Shown here: positions 28,933 through 39,398 of the stretch, piece by piece
Layout: the number at the start of each line of letters is the position of its first letter
How positions within the stretch are numbered: position 1 is the first letter of the stretch
Source: Candidatus Nezhaarchaeales archaeon
Lineage (GTDB): Archaea; Thermoproteota; Methanomethylicia; Nezhaarchaeales; WYZ-LMO8
Length of the DNA stretch: 64,000 nucleotides
NCBI GenBank assembly: GCA_038887515.1
Contig: JAWAKK010000001.1
Coordinates: forward strand, 512,001 to 576,000
Direction: 5' to 3'
The notes under the pieces: generated by a model
Databases searched by the model: none
What the model was told of the DNA's origin: nothing
The model's input: the letters and a program-made list of their open reading frames with translations, nothing else
Translations under genes and position numbers: made by a program

Positions 28933-29721
28933 TTAAATTGATGTAACGAAAAAGCAGGAGGCATCCCCCTTAGCTACGCATTTTAATTCATGAAAATACA
29001 TCGTCTTGTTAAAGTATCGCGAAGCAAAACCACTCAGGATCCCTCTCAACCACTGGCTAAAGCACTTATTTAGACCCTTAACCAAACTGCATTCTATGCT
29101 ATCTAGAAGTTCTACTTCAATTGACGAGTCTTCAAATCTCACATCTATGTTCCTAGCAAATCCACAAGAAAATAGGTAAGCGGTTAAGGCTTCCCACAGC
29201 TCCCTCCCCTTAAGCCTCCTTTGGGCATAGTCCTCGAAGATCGCGGACCCCATTTCGAAACCCTCGTGAAATAAGAATGCTTCGCCCCCGCTTCCAAACT
29301 TGTCTCTGATCTTAATTAGCCAGGCCTTAAGTGTTGTAGCCCTAATTATAATTGCCCTCTCACCTGCAAATATCAGTGGAAAGTGGCATTGATCGTATGT
29401 AAGCCCCTTGAGCGTAGGCCTTATTATCTTGACCTCCACTAAGTTCTTTATAGCTCTCTCTATTGCCTCTTTGACCTCCTCTGGCGATACAGTAGCTCTG
29501 CTAAAATCATAGAAGACTATAAAGGGCGCGTAGGAACCTGGCTCAGCTGGGCCTGAATTCATTATGTGAAGAACCGTCAGGTTATATTTAGCTGCAACCT
29601 CCAGTATGGTAGACATTATACCCGGTCTCACGATATGCTTAATGAAGAAGCCGTAAACACCTTCCTTCAAAATAAGCCTACCTAGATGTAGTGGAATGCA
29701 TTCGCACTCATCTTGATACAA
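28933..29721 (-). CDS. ACT-like + V4R domain protein
   Basis: RPGIM..I ACT-like start; FPLIFAGERAII, GFEMG, DSIEC, RGILSG, ELKCVAKGDASC. Confidence 0.8.
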   Translation of the reverse strand: MYQDECECIPLHLGRLILKEGVYGFFIKHIVRPGIMSTILEVAAKYNLTVLHIMNSGPAEPGSYAPFIVFYDFSRATVSPEEVKEAIERAIKNLVEVKIIRPTLKGLTYDQCHFPLIFAGERAIIIRATTLKAWLIKIRDKFGSGGEAFLFHEGFEMGSAIFEDYAQRRLKGRELWEALTAYLFSCGFARNIDVRFEDSSIEVELLDSIECSLVKGLNKCFSQWLRGILSGFASRYFNKTMYFHELKCVAKGDASCFFVTSI

Positions 29722-29886
29722 TAATTGTACACCCCTTCTACCGGGTTCTAAGAAGCGTGATAGTCGGAGGTGTGTCTATAGTATTTATTGTCTTCTTTGA
29801 ACTTAAAAGCATTATCTTTAAGAGCTCGCCCTTTGCCAAGCAATCTTAATTAAAATCCTCCCACTACATGATATTAGGTCATTGAG

Positions 29887-30427
29887 TTGAACGAAGAAAA
29901 GGAAGGAACAAAGATTGAAGATATGGCGGGCGACTTTAGCGTATTAAGTAATCCAACAAGACTCAAGCTTTTGATTAATATTCACGAAAAAGGGCCTTGC
30001 ACTTTAAGAGAGCTCATAGAAAACGCTCAGCGTGACGAAAGTACGATTAAGAGGCATTTAAAAGAGCTTATAGACCGTGGCTTCATAGCAAGGTCCTGTG
30101 ACAAGAAGCCTAAGTACTACATAACTAATAAAGGTATTTTAGCCATAACGTTTTTAAGAGTTAAGGTCGAGCCAACAATCGTGCAAGACCTAGCGAAGCA
30201 CGATGAAGTCAAAGTTAAGGTTCGCAGTGGAAGACCTTTCTCCAACTTTTCTTATGCCATTAAAAAAAGCAGGCTTTAAGAGAATTGCATTATACTCAGT
30301 GTCCATTACTTGTATATTTTTAGGTTTATTAGGGCTTGTAGTTTCAAGTGTCGAGCTCCTCTATAGGATTTTATGGTTACTGCTTTGGCTTATCATAGCC
30401 TACGTCTTTAAGTCTCTCGCTTCTTAA
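29887..30427 (+). pseudogene. ArsR-like wHTH regulator with two C-terminal TM helices, split by a frameshift at A7 (30262-30268)
   Basis: LSNPTRLKLL...STIKRHLKEL..G...YYIT.KG; deleting one A gives YAIKK-AGFKRIAL continuing into the TM ORF 30203-30427. Confidence 0.65.
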
Positions 30428-30430
30428 AGT

Positions 30431-31606
30431 CTAGCTCATCTCTTGAACTGCTTTCTCGATCCTCTCCAGCCCAAGCTCTATATTGGGTATGGAAGTGGCA
30501 TAACAGAACCTTAAGTATCCCTCACCACTAGGTCCAAAAGCCGAACCAGGAATAGTCGCTACGGCTGCTTTTTCTAGTATAAGCTCTGCAAGCTCTGTTG
30601 ACTTTACTCCTAGTTCCTTTACGTTAGCGAATACGTAGAAGGCTCCTTTGGGCATTTTAGCCTTAAACCCTGTTATTCTATTTATCCTCTCAACCATGAA
30701 ACGCCTGCGCTTATCATACTCTTTAACCATTTCATCGATGAACTTATTTACCTCAGGGTTCTTAAGGCCTTCTAGCACTGCCATCTGAGAAGGGCTTGGA
30801 GCGTTGACTATCGTATACTGTTGCAACTTCAACATTTCATTCACTAACCTTTTACTTGCAGCTACGTAGCCTATCCTCCAACCGCACATAGCGAAGGTCT
30901 TTGAAAACGAGTTAACAGTTATGGCCAACTCTTCCATGCCTGGTATTGAAGCTATACTGTAGTGTTTAGCTCCGTCGTATACCAGTTTTTCATATACTTC
31001 ATCCGATATAACGTATATCCCGTTATCCATAGCTATTTCGGCTATCCCTCTGATATCCCTTAGCTCCAATACGGAACCCGTGGGGTTATGAGGCGTATTT
31101 AAGAAGATGCACTTTGTCTTCGAGGTAATTAGTTCATTTACTTTCTCCGGAATCATTCTAAAATCTTCTTCCTCGTCAAGGGGGACTCTAACAGGCTTGC
31201 CGCCAGCCATGATTACCACGGCTTCGTATATTACGAAGCCGGGATCGGGGATCAAAACTTCGTCTCCAGGTTCGACTAACGCTAAAGTTGACAATAGGAG
31301 CCCCATTGAAGCCCCAGCAGTAACCATAACGTTTTCGGCTTTAGCGTCGACGTTGTTTTCAACTCTAAGCTTCTCGGCTATAGCCTCTCTGAGCTCAAAA
31401 AAGCCGGCGTTAGGTGTATAATGCGTATAGCCGAGGTCTATAGCCCTCTTACCAGCCTCCTTAATACATGGAGGCGTTTCAAAATCTGGTTCCCCTATTC
31501 CAAAATTTATTACGCCCGACATTTTTTGGGCTAGGTCGAAAAGTCTCCTAATGCCCGAAGGAGTTATGATTCTCGTCCTGAAGCTTAGCTCTTTAGGCTT
31601 CTTCAA
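30431..31606 (-). CDS. class I/II PLP-dependent (aspartate-type) aminotransferase
   Basis: GEPDF, NTPHNPTG, SDEVY, SFSKTFAMCGWRIG. Confidence 0.93.
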   Translation of the reverse strand: MKKPKELSFRTRIITPSGIRRLFDLAQKMSGVINFGIGEPDFETPPCIKEAGKRAIDLGYTHYTPNAGFFELREAIAEKLRVENNVDAKAENVMVTAGASMGLLLSTLALVEPGDEVLIPDPGFVIYEAVVIMAGGKPVRVPLDEEEDFRMIPEKVNELITSKTKCIFLNTPHNPTGSVLELRDIRGIAEIAMDNGIYVISDEVYEKLVYDGAKHYSIASIPGMEELAITVNSFSKTFAMCGWRIGYVAASKRLVNEMLKLQQYTIVNAPSPSQMAVLEGLKNPEVNKFIDEMVKEYDKRRRFMVERINRITGFKAKMPKGAFYVFANVKELGVKSTELAELILEKAAVATIPGSAFGPSGEGYLRFCYATSIPNIELGLERIEKAVQEMS

Positions 31607-31687
31607 GTCTAACCCCCTTCACGCGAAGTCTCTCAACAACAAGGGTTGTAGCTAGTTAAATCTATCTCAATTCGTTATAGTTGAAGT

Positions 31688-32737
31688 TTAGGTTATTGGC
31701 TTTAGGTAGTCTTGACCTCGCGCTTCAGGTGAACCTATTAGAAGCCTATAATGATCGAGCTTCCCTCTCCAGTAGACTAGCTCCACTTTGCCTCGAGCTT
31801 CGAACTTCTCACCTTCCTCTACTATACCCATATAGAGCCCCTCGTAGCTACATAGCTCCGTCAAACCTTCGACGATAGGTCCGTTTAAGACCTCCACATC
31901 TCCTACGAGCCACTTTGAAGGCATGAATATGGATTCTGAAGAATCCAGCACAACCCCTCTAATAGTGGCTAAGCCTACCGGCTTATACGTAAACTCGCCG
32001 AAGACCTCTTTTACCTCGCTCTCCTTCTTTACCGGATGAATTGAGAAGTCTTTCCCCTTGAAAAACCCCCTATTCCACTTTCTCGTGCACACTACTTCTG
32101 CGTCCCTCTTAGAAAGATAAAATAACCTCTGTCTTCTCTCTAAAAGCTCTTTAAACCTCTCCTTAGGTAGCCTCTCTATTCCCCCTCTAGGCTCCTCGTA
32201 GAGCCTAACGAGGGTCTCTCTTACCTTCATGGCGTTATCCCTTCCATAGACTACAAGGTCTATATCTGAAAAGGGTTGGTGTATACCTATTAGTAGGGAA
32301 CCTGTTACTCCTAAGTCACTGACGGATATACTTGCTTCATCAGCTATCTTCTGTGCCAGGTCCACCGCCATAGCCTCCAACTGGTCTCTAGGTTCTTTAA
32401 TCATTTCTTGCAGTCTACTTTCAGGCCGATAGTGTCTGAAAACATTACTTAAAGGTACGGCAGACATCTCTACTCCAAGCTCTTCAAAGAAGGTAACGTA
32501 GTGAGGGTAACGTAGCTTTAAGTAACTTATTGTGTCGAGGAGCATGGGCACCGTGTAGTATGGCAAGGCTCTCTTGAACTTCTTGTCCCTACCCCACTTG
32601 CCATCCGGGCTTGGGACGTACTTCAAATAAGCTACGACGTGGCTCGTCGGGTGAACATTGCTGACGACCGTAAAAAATAGTCCTTCAACGGTCTCGATAT
32701 AGTCCCTATCTCTAAAGGAGCGCATCGTGAGTCCCAC
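31688..32737 (-). CDS. predicted archaeal nucleotidyltransferase (COG1665-like)
   Basis: GVTGS.L.G....SDIDLVVYG; RDRD..ET.EG..F. Confidence 0.8.
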   Translation of the reverse strand: MGLTMRSFRDRDYIETVEGLFFTVVSNVHPTSHVVAYLKYVPSPDGKWGRDKKFKRALPYYTVPMLLDTISYLKLRYPHYVTFFEELGVEMSAVPLSNVFRHYRPESRLQEMIKEPRDQLEAMAVDLAQKIADEASISVSDLGVTGSLLIGIHQPFSDIDLVVYGRDNAMKVRETLVRLYEEPRGGIERLPKERFKELLERRQRLFYLSKRDAEVVCTRKWNRGFFKGKDFSIHPVKKESEVKEVFGEFTYKPVGLATIRGVVLDSSESIFMPSKWLVGDVEVLNGPIVEGLTELCSYEGLYMGIVEEGEKFEARGKVELVYWRGKLDHYRLLIGSPEARGQDYLKPIT

Positions 32738-32887
32738 TAGCTACTCGAAGTTTAAGGTAATAAGCTTACGTCTACAAATATTAGACTTACGTCAAGGTCT
32801 CTATCTTCTCAATATTATTGGCTCAACGATCTAGTTGAATAGCAAGCTTTTCAAGCTAAACGTCGACTCTCTTTCTGAGGAGTTTGC

Positions 32888-33670
32888 ATGGCATTGAGAG
32901 AGCTCTTAAAGAGAGTTGCCGAAGGCGTCGTAAGCATCGAGTACGCTGAACAGCAATTAAAATTGTTGGCGCTCGAAGAGATTGCTGGAGTCTTAAAGCT
33001 AGACGTTGGAAGGGAGCTTCGCAAAAGCATTCCAGAAATAGTATTTGGAGAATATAAGAGCTCAGACCAGCTAGAACTCGCTATACGAGGGCTTTTAGAG
33101 ACTCGAGGGAGGGCGATAGTCTCTAGGTTAAGGGGCGACCAGCTTGAGGTCGTAAAGAAGTTTGAGGAAGGGTATATCGTTGCCTTGAGCGCATCGCGTA
33201 GACTCGCTATTATAAAGCAAAGAGGATACGAGACTTTAAAGATTGGAGGGAAAGTTGGAATAGTTACAGCTGGTACAGCCGACATACCTATAGCCGATGA
33301 GGTGAAGCTGATAGTTGAAGAGCTCGGCTGCAATACTATCACTATCTACGATGTGGGGATAGCAGGTCTCCATAGGACCGTCGACGCTGCCAAGAAGCTC
33401 CTGGAAGAAGACGTTGACGTTGTAGTTGCGGTTGCAGGCATGGAAGGTGCAATGCCATCGGTCTTAGCTTCAACGTTGGACGTTCCGGTAATAGGTCTTC
33501 CAACTTCAACAGGCTATGGCATAGGCGGTGGAGGGGTCGCTGCTCTTCTATCCATGCTTCAATCGTGTTCCCCAGGTCTCTTAGTAGTAAACATCGATAA
33601 CAGCGTAGGAGCCGCCGTTGCAGCAGCCCTAATAGTTAGTAGGGTTGCTAAGTTTAGGAGGGATAAGTGA
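32888..33670 (+). CDS. larB: nickel-pincer cofactor biosynthesis protein LarB
   Basis: PEIVFGE.K, TAGTAD, DVGIAGLHR, AGMEGAMPS, PTSTGYG, VVNIDN. Confidence 0.92.
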   Translation: MALRELLKRVAEGVVSIEYAEQQLKLLALEEIAGVLKLDVGRELRKSIPEIVFGEYKSSDQLELAIRGLLETRGRAIVSRLRGDQLEVVKKFEEGYIVALSASRRLAIIKQRGYETLKIGGKVGIVTAGTADIPIADEVKLIVEELGCNTITIYDVGIAGLHRTVDAAKKLLEEDVDVVVAVAGMEGAMPSVLASTLDVPVIGLPTSTGYGIGGGGVAALLSMLQSCSPGLLVVNIDNSVGAAVAAALIVSRVAKFRRDK

Positions 33671-34912
33671 TTGAACTTGTTGATAATAGATTCGAGGTTG
33701 GCGGGAGTATCGGGCGACATGATGCTAGCAGCCCTAGTCGACTTAACAGGAGAAGTGGATTGTCTTCACCGGTTGACTTCAATTATTGAAAGGACTGTTG
33801 AGTACTGCGAAGAGGTTGAACTCAAGGTTTACGACGTCTATAGGAAGGGGGTCAAAGCGAAGAAAGTCGAGCTTAAAGCTAAAGAGAACCTTGGAGGTGT
33901 TACTCCTAGCAAGTTCAAGTGTAATGTCGACAGAGTCTTAGAGGTAGTAGATATATCAGACAAAGCTAAGAACTTTGTTAAAAAGGTTGTAGAGGAAATC
34001 TGCGAGGCTGAGGCGAGAATACACGACGAAGGGCACGAAATGTTTGAGGTAGCTTCGGTTGACACGATTTTCGATGTTGTAGGGGTGGCATCATTACTGG
34101 ACAGGTCGAGGCTCTTTGACTCTGAAATATACGCGACCCCGCCAGCTCTAGGTTCAGGGGTCGTCGAGACTAGCCACGGTCTCCTCTCCGTTCCAACGCC
34201 AATTACGTTAGAGATCTTACGTAAGCATTGCTTTCCCTACTCTAATGTTCCTATAAACTATGAACTTACAACGCCAACTGGTGCAGCCTTGCTCGTCAAC
34301 TTAGCTAAAAGGGTCGTCGATTTTTATCCACCGGCAAAGGTTAAGGGTGTAGGCTATGGAGCTGGATCCAAGGATCTAACGCTGATACCTAACGTACTTA
34401 GAGTTGTCTCGGGAGAAGGGAGCTTAAATTTAGAATCTGTAGAAAGGATCGTGGTTATCGAGACGACAGTTGATGATGTGACTGGAGAAATTGTAGGTAA
34501 CGTTATCGAGAAGCTTCTTGGACTTGGAGCGCTCGACGTCGTAGTCCTTCAAGGCATAGGAAAGAAGGGAAGGCCAGTACACCTTGTTAAGGTATTAGCT
34601 AGGCTTGAGAACTACGCTGAAATAGCTGAAGCATTAATCAACGAGCTCGGGACGTTAGGTGTTAGAGTTTTCGAAACCCCCAGAATTAAGGTCGAAAGAA
34701 TCCAGAAACTAGTTGAGATCGAAGTCCTAGGAAAGAAGTTTGAAGTGACGGTTAAGGAATCCAAGATGCCGAACGGCAAACTCGTAAGAGTCAAGCCAGA
34801 GTATGAAGATCTTAATAGGATATCAAGGGAACTTGGGATACCGCTAAGGAAAGTGCTCGAGATAGTCCAAAAAAACTTTGGAAGTACGAAGGAGAACATT
34901 TCACTTAGTTGA
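33671..34912 (+). CDS. larC: nickel insertion protein LarC
   Basis: GVSGDMMLAAL, EAEARIH, HG.L.VP.P, ELTTPTGAA, ETTVDD.TGE, KKGRP, KPEYED. Confidence 0.92.
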   Translation: MNLLIIDSRLAGVSGDMMLAALVDLTGEVDCLHRLTSIIERTVEYCEEVELKVYDVYRKGVKAKKVELKAKENLGGVTPSKFKCNVDRVLEVVDISDKAKNFVKKVVEEICEAEARIHDEGHEMFEVASVDTIFDVVGVASLLDRSRLFDSEIYATPPALGSGVVETSHGLLSVPTPITLEILRKHCFPYSNVPINYELTTPTGAALLVNLAKRVVDFYPPAKVKGVGYGAGSKDLTLIPNVLRVVSGEGSLNLESVERIVVIETTVDDVTGEIVGNVIEKLLGLGALDVVVLQGIGKKGRPVHLVKVLARLENYAEIAEALINELGTLGVRVFETPRIKVERIQKLVEIEVLGKKFEVTVKESKMPNGKLVRVKPEYEDLNRISRELGIPLRKVLEIVQKNFGSTKENISLS

Positions 34913-34948
34913 TAGCATTTGTACTTCCTACAACGTCTAAGCGGTACT

Positions 34949-35371
34949 TTAGAGTTCCACTATGCATGTTGCTTGCTCTCCATTATATCCAATCAATGTT
35001 ACGACATGGATGCCGTTTAACCCCTTTGGAAGGACTAAACTTAGGGGCTTTACGCTCTTAGGCGCTATAACTGCTAACCTTGGTTCAAGTACCTCTAGGA
35101 ACGTCGCCTCTCCGCCATAAGGTTTATCTATGTAAGCGTCTACGATAATGGTCTCTTTCTCGCCGAGGTTTCTGATATACACAGTCAGTACGTCGTCTCT
35201 TAACATGTAAGCTTCGATCCTTAGGGACGTAGTTGATGTACTGTTTAGGCTTGAGGCGTTCATCTTTATTGGTGTAATGTATAAAGTGATCCCAAGTGAG
35301 CACAGTGCCATCACTAGGGTTAATGATGTGAGTACTTGCGATACTCCAAGAGCTTTCCCTGTCATTACCAA
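34949..35371 (-). CDS. type IV pilin/archaellum-accessory-like protein
   Basis: class III-like signal (KALG/VSQV + hydrophobic helix); LRIEA...VYIRNLG...I.DAYI beta domain. Confidence 0.65.
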   Translation of the reverse strand: MVMTGKALGVSQVLTSLTLVMALCSLGITLYITPIKMNASSLNSTSTTSLRIEAYMLRDDVLTVYIRNLGEKETIIVDAYIDKPYGGEATFLEVLEPRLAVIAPKSVKPLSLVLPKGLNGIHVVTLIGYNGEQATCIVEL

Positions 35372-35428
35372 TTACTTCTGGCCAATAATATAAAACCTAT
35401 TAGGTTGTAGGCGCCCCTTAGACTCCAT

Positions 35429-36085
35429 CTATCCTAGATCCATTATCCTATCTACTGCTGGCGGAATCTTTTTAGTAATAGTGAGTGGAGCACCTAAATG
35501 TGGTATTATTTCGATGGTAAAGGTTTCGTATGCATTTAAGAGGGCGTCGTAGCCTATTGCCTTGAGGTTCAAGATTACCATGAATATTTCGCCTTCTTCC
35601 AACATTGCATCTTCGTCGCCTTTAACTACAGAAACTAAACACCACGATGAAGTTCCACTCTTAAAACATTCTTCCGCTAGGTTTAGGTCGCTCCAAAACG
35701 ATTGCCCCCCTATACCGTAGGCGTCTGCGACGTGAATTCTACCATTGTAGTAGGTTATCGTCAGCTTGCTCTCATTGAAGTCTACGGAGCTACCTCCGGT
35801 AATTAACTTTACATAAAATCGAACGGCAACAACCATTTGAATCTGGGGATCGCCATGGGCTATTACGTGCCCCGTAGTGACCATAACTGTAGTGACTTGA
35901 GCTAAACTCGAAGACGCCGCTTGACTTGCCTCTTGAGCGAGCTCTGAGCTCGTGTTAAACAGTGTAAACGCTAGAACCGAGGCTGCTACCAGCATAGCAG
36001 TTACAACGTTAGCTAGCTCTACGCTCGTAAGGCCTCTTCTCGATCTTCTAAGCCCTTTCTTATAGTTAGAATTTCCAAAATTCAT
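35429..36085 (-). CDS. archaellin paralog (orphan)
   Basis: RRSRRG/LTSVE class III signal peptide; colinear with arlB at 56267 (HVIA.GDP, NGR.HV.D.Y, LE.GE.F, F..EI.P..GA.LTIT..IP). Confidence 0.85.
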   Translation of the reverse strand: MNFGNSNYKKGLRRSRRGLTSVELANVVTAMLVAASVLAFTLFNTSSELAQEASQAASSSLAQVTTVMVTTGHVIAHGDPQIQMVVAVRFYVKLITGGSSVDFNESKLTITYYNGRIHVADAYGIGGQSFWSDLNLAEECFKSGTSSWCLVSVVKGDEDAMLEEGEIFMVILNLKAIGYDALLNAYETFTIEIIPHLGAPLTITKKIPPAVDRIMDLG

Positions 36086-36171
36086 CTTCTGTATTCGCCT
36101 TCAACGGTGGCCTATTTATAATATATTAAGTTTGGCGCCTAGATAATTTCTTCGCGAGGATTTAGGTAACC

Positions 36172-37530
36172 CTAGTCCTTAGGTTCAACTAAGAGCCTCG
36201 GACCCTCTTTACCGACTATTTTTACTTTAGAGCCCTTAGAGACCTTCTTCAAAGCCTTCGCCACCCAGAGCTCTCCCTGAAATCTTACAAAGCCTTCGCC
36301 GCCCTCCTCTATGTCATCTAAGGCTTCAGCGGTCTCACCAACCATAGCCCCTACGCTTGGTCTCTTCCTCCTAACATTGATGACCTTGTAGGCCATGAAA
36401 GCTGCGAAAGCTGTCAAGGGAGCAGTTATTGCGACTATGACTAATACGAACGCTCCTACCCACTCTGGGCTTACCGCCCATCGAGTTGGTTCAAGAGTTA
36501 TCATTAGTAGCCCCCCTAGTGCAATGGATATTATGCCTGAGATGCCGAAGATGCCGAAACCGGGCGTCAATGCTTCGACCAATAAAAGGATTAGACCTAA
36601 AGCTACAAGGGCTAGAGACCCCAAGCTTAAAGGTGTGGCTCCCAATCCTATTATGCCGAGGACCGTCATTATTGCACCTATTATAGCTGACGGGTAAACT
36701 GCTGAGACCAGCCCAAATATGAGGGCCAGCATGCCGACGGTCATGAGGGTATAGGCTATCTGCGGATCAGATATCGCATTCAATAATGCGACCCTTAGAG
36801 ATGGGGGATATTCAATTATTTCTGCATCGCCCGTTTCTAGAGTTATTAACCCGGCTATTGTATCAACTCTCATACCGTGCACTGAATTTAAGAGGTCTTT
36901 TAAGCCGTCCACTGGTGGAATGTTAGTTATACCGAGCTCGTACGCCTCGTCAGCTCCAATGTTTAGGTTCTCGGTTATGAACTTGACCGCGACGTCTACG
37001 TTCCTGCCCCGCTCCTTGGCTTTCTCCTTCATCATCGCTATTAGGGCATTGATCTGTTTTGTGTTGTTAATTGGTTGACCCATAAAGTCTACTGGCTGGC
37101 ATGACCCTATGACAGTATAGGGCGCCATAGCTGCTACGTGGGAGCCAACAAGTATGTAAGTTCCAGCCGACCAAGCTTTAGCACCCCTAGGGTATACGTA
37201 AGCTATGATGGGTATCGTAGATAGCTCGATTTGATCTAGTATCCTAATGGTAGAGTCAAGAAGGCCTCCAGGGGTGTTTAGGAGCAAAACTATTGCTGAC
37301 GCTCTTGCTTTGAGCGCAGCCTTAATGCCCTCTTCAATGTATACCGCGGTTGCTGGGGTGATTGTCCCTTCAATCCTCAGAACGTAAACAACTGAATCAT
37401 GTCGATCTAATGCTGTGGAGGAGGGAACCGAAAACATAGTTACTATTAGAAGTATTGAAAAAAGTAAGAGAATGTTTACGTCCCTAACCCTCGTAACCTG
37501 CTCACCTTTTTTCCTTCTCTTTTCCTCCAA
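36172..37530 (-). CDS. nfeD: NfeD membrane-bound ClpP-class serine protease
   Basis: LNTPGG, AWSAG, MAP...IG..QP, TM block, C-terminal OB fold (GELW.A). Confidence 0.92.
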   Translation of the reverse strand: MEEKRRKKGEQVTRVRDVNILLLFSILLIVTMFSVPSSTALDRHDSVVYVLRIEGTITPATAVYIEEGIKAALKARASAIVLLLNTPGGLLDSTIRILDQIELSTIPIIAYVYPRGAKAWSAGTYILVGSHVAAMAPYTVIGSCQPVDFMGQPINNTKQINALIAMMKEKAKERGRNVDVAVKFITENLNIGADEAYELGITNIPPVDGLKDLLNSVHGMRVDTIAGLITLETGDAEIIEYPPSLRVALLNAISDPQIAYTLMTVGMLALIFGLVSAVYPSAIIGAIMTVLGIIGLGATPLSLGSLALVALGLILLLVEALTPGFGIFGISGIISIALGGLLMITLEPTRWAVSPEWVGAFVLVIVAITAPLTAFAAFMAYKVINVRRKRPSVGAMVGETAEALDDIEEGGEGFVRFQGELWVAKALKKVSKGSKVKIVGKEGPRLLVEPKD

Positions 37531-38323
37531 CGCTTGACGCTAAGCCTATTACTGTACCCATTTCGCCTAACGCTTGAGGAGCAACTATGATCAAGTTCTT
37601 CTCTCTAGCTATGTCGAGGAGCGTTTGAAGCTCCCTAAGCCTAAGGGCTACGGGTTGCTCTTGATATGCCCTAGCAGCCTCAGCCATTATCTTAGAAGCT
37701 TGTAGCTCGCCTTCAGCAACTATGATTCTAGACCGCCTCTCTCTTTCAGCTTCTGCTTGCTTAGCCATGGCCCTCAACATGCTCTCGGGGAGACTTACAT
37801 CCTTTATCGAGACAGCCGTGACCTTTATGCCCCACGGGTCAGTAAGTATGTCTAATGTTTGTGTTAACTTCCTGTTCAACTCTTCCCTCTTGGTTAGCAG
37901 TTCGTCGAGCTCTGATTGTCCAAGTATGTCTCTTAAAACCGTTTGTCCAAGAAGGCTTGTCGCGTAAATGTAGTTTTCAACTGCCGTTACTGCTTTTACC
38001 GGGTCAATTACCCGATAGTATATGACCGCGTCGACGTCGACTGTAACGTTGTCTTTTGTAACTATCCTCTGTTTAGGGACGTCAATTGTCACAACCCTTA
38101 GGTCTACTTTTACGAACCTATCGACTATCGGTATTCTAAAGAAGAGACCTGGCCCCTTGGCTCCAAGAAGCCTTCCAAGCCTAAATATAACTGCCCTCTC
38201 GTATTCGTAGACCATCTTTATTGACGATGCCAAGATTATGAGCACTACGATTACTAGGAAGAACGTAGCTATAGCCTGTGCAGGGGTCAACAACAGTGCT
38301 TGTTTGATGGGTTCGATAAACAT
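37502..38323 (-). CDS. stomatin/slipin (SPFH) family protein
   Basis: YERAVIFRLGR, TKDNV, DPWGIKV, AKQAEAERERR, ALRLRELQTL; paired with nfeD. Confidence 0.95.
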   Translation of the reverse strand: MFIEPIKQALLLTPAQAIATFFLVIVVLIILASSIKMVYEYERAVIFRLGRLLGAKGPGLFFRIPIVDRFVKVDLRVVTIDVPKQRIVTKDNVTVDVDAVIYYRVIDPVKAVTAVENYIYATSLLGQTVLRDILGQSELDELLTKREELNRKLTQTLDILTDPWGIKVTAVSIKDVSLPESMLRAMAKQAEAERERRSRIIVAEGELQASKIMAEAARAYQEQPVALRLRELQTLLDIAREKNLIIVAPQALGEMGTVIGLASSVGGKEKEKR

Positions 38324-38467
38324 GGACTTTACACCATGCGTTAAATTCGAGGCACTTTAAAAGGTAGTATCCTTGCTTAGGTAAAAAAATGTTTGTCTCG
38401 TAGAGTCGAAGAAGTGAGGGGATTTTAGGATTAGGCGCTTTACTTTGAACCTAAACTTACACGTCAC

Positions 38468-39319
38468 TTAGGAGACGGCATGATGGCTATTTAGATTTGC
38501 CCAACCGTTCCGCTTAAGCCTGTTAAGTATATCTTCATGAAGTTCCATAGTGCAAGTAGCTATTAGAGTTGACCTAGATTTGGGATCCAATTTACAACTC
38601 AACTTCTTTCCATTAGAGTCGGTCACTATACCTCCTGCCTCTTGAAGTATGAAAGTAGATGCAGCAAAGTCTGGAACCCTTAGAAAGCCCCTCAAATCAA
38701 TAAAAGCATCCGAAGCCCCTGAAGCTATTAAGCATAGTTCAAGCGCATCAGAGCCTATGAGCCTTACGTGCCTCGCCTTTTCGATGATTTCTGCGATTCT
38801 CAATACGTAGCCGGCTATCTGCCCCCTAACGTTTAATTCAAAGGCAATGAAGGCCTCTTCCACTCTACGTACATTGCGGGGCTTTACTTTCGAGTCGTTT
38901 AGATAGGCTCCAACGTTTCTTTCAGCATAATATATGTCGCCGGTCACCAGATTAATGACCCCCGCGGCGACTATATCGTCCAAAAATTCTCCTTCAGCTA
39001 TAGCTACTGCTGAGCTACATGCTGGGTAGCCCCTTAATGCGTTGGAGCTACCGTCCAATGGGTCGAGTATTACTGAATATTTTCCTCTCCCATACTCTTT
39101 AATTCCACTTTCCTCGCTAACTAAAGTGAAACGTCCTAGATCCTTGCTTAAAGATTCTACTACGGCCTTTTCGATCTCGAAATCGAGTACTCTCATTACG
39201 TCGCCGCCAGCTCCTATGCCTAGCTCTCTAGAAGCCTCGTTGGAGCCCTTCAGCTCCATGAAGCGAGCCTTAGCAGAGTTTAAGGCGTTTACTATCGTAC
39301 GTCTAAGCAATATTCGCAC
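38468..39319 (-). CDS. suhB: inositol monophosphatase / FBPase family
   Basis: GAGGD, SEESG, DPLDGS.N, R.IGS.ALE, D.AA. Confidence 0.88.
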   Translation of the reverse strand: MRILLRRTIVNALNSAKARFMELKGSNEASRELGIGAGGDVMRVLDFEIEKAVVESLSKDLGRFTLVSEESGIKEYGRGKYSVILDPLDGSSNALRGYPACSSAVAIAEGEFLDDIVAAGVINLVTGDIYYAERNVGAYLNDSKVKPRNVRRVEEAFIAFELNVRGQIAGYVLRIAEIIEKARHVRLIGSDALELCLIASGASDAFIDLRGFLRVPDFAASTFILQEAGGIVTDSNGKKLSCKLDPKSRSTLIATCTMELHEDILNRLKRNGWANLNSHHAVS

Positions 39320-39398
39320 CAGTGATTAAGGATTTGATACTACGCTAAAAACCTTTTCTTGAAAGGGTTAAATGAGGTTTTGAGGGGTAGGGCCCGCG

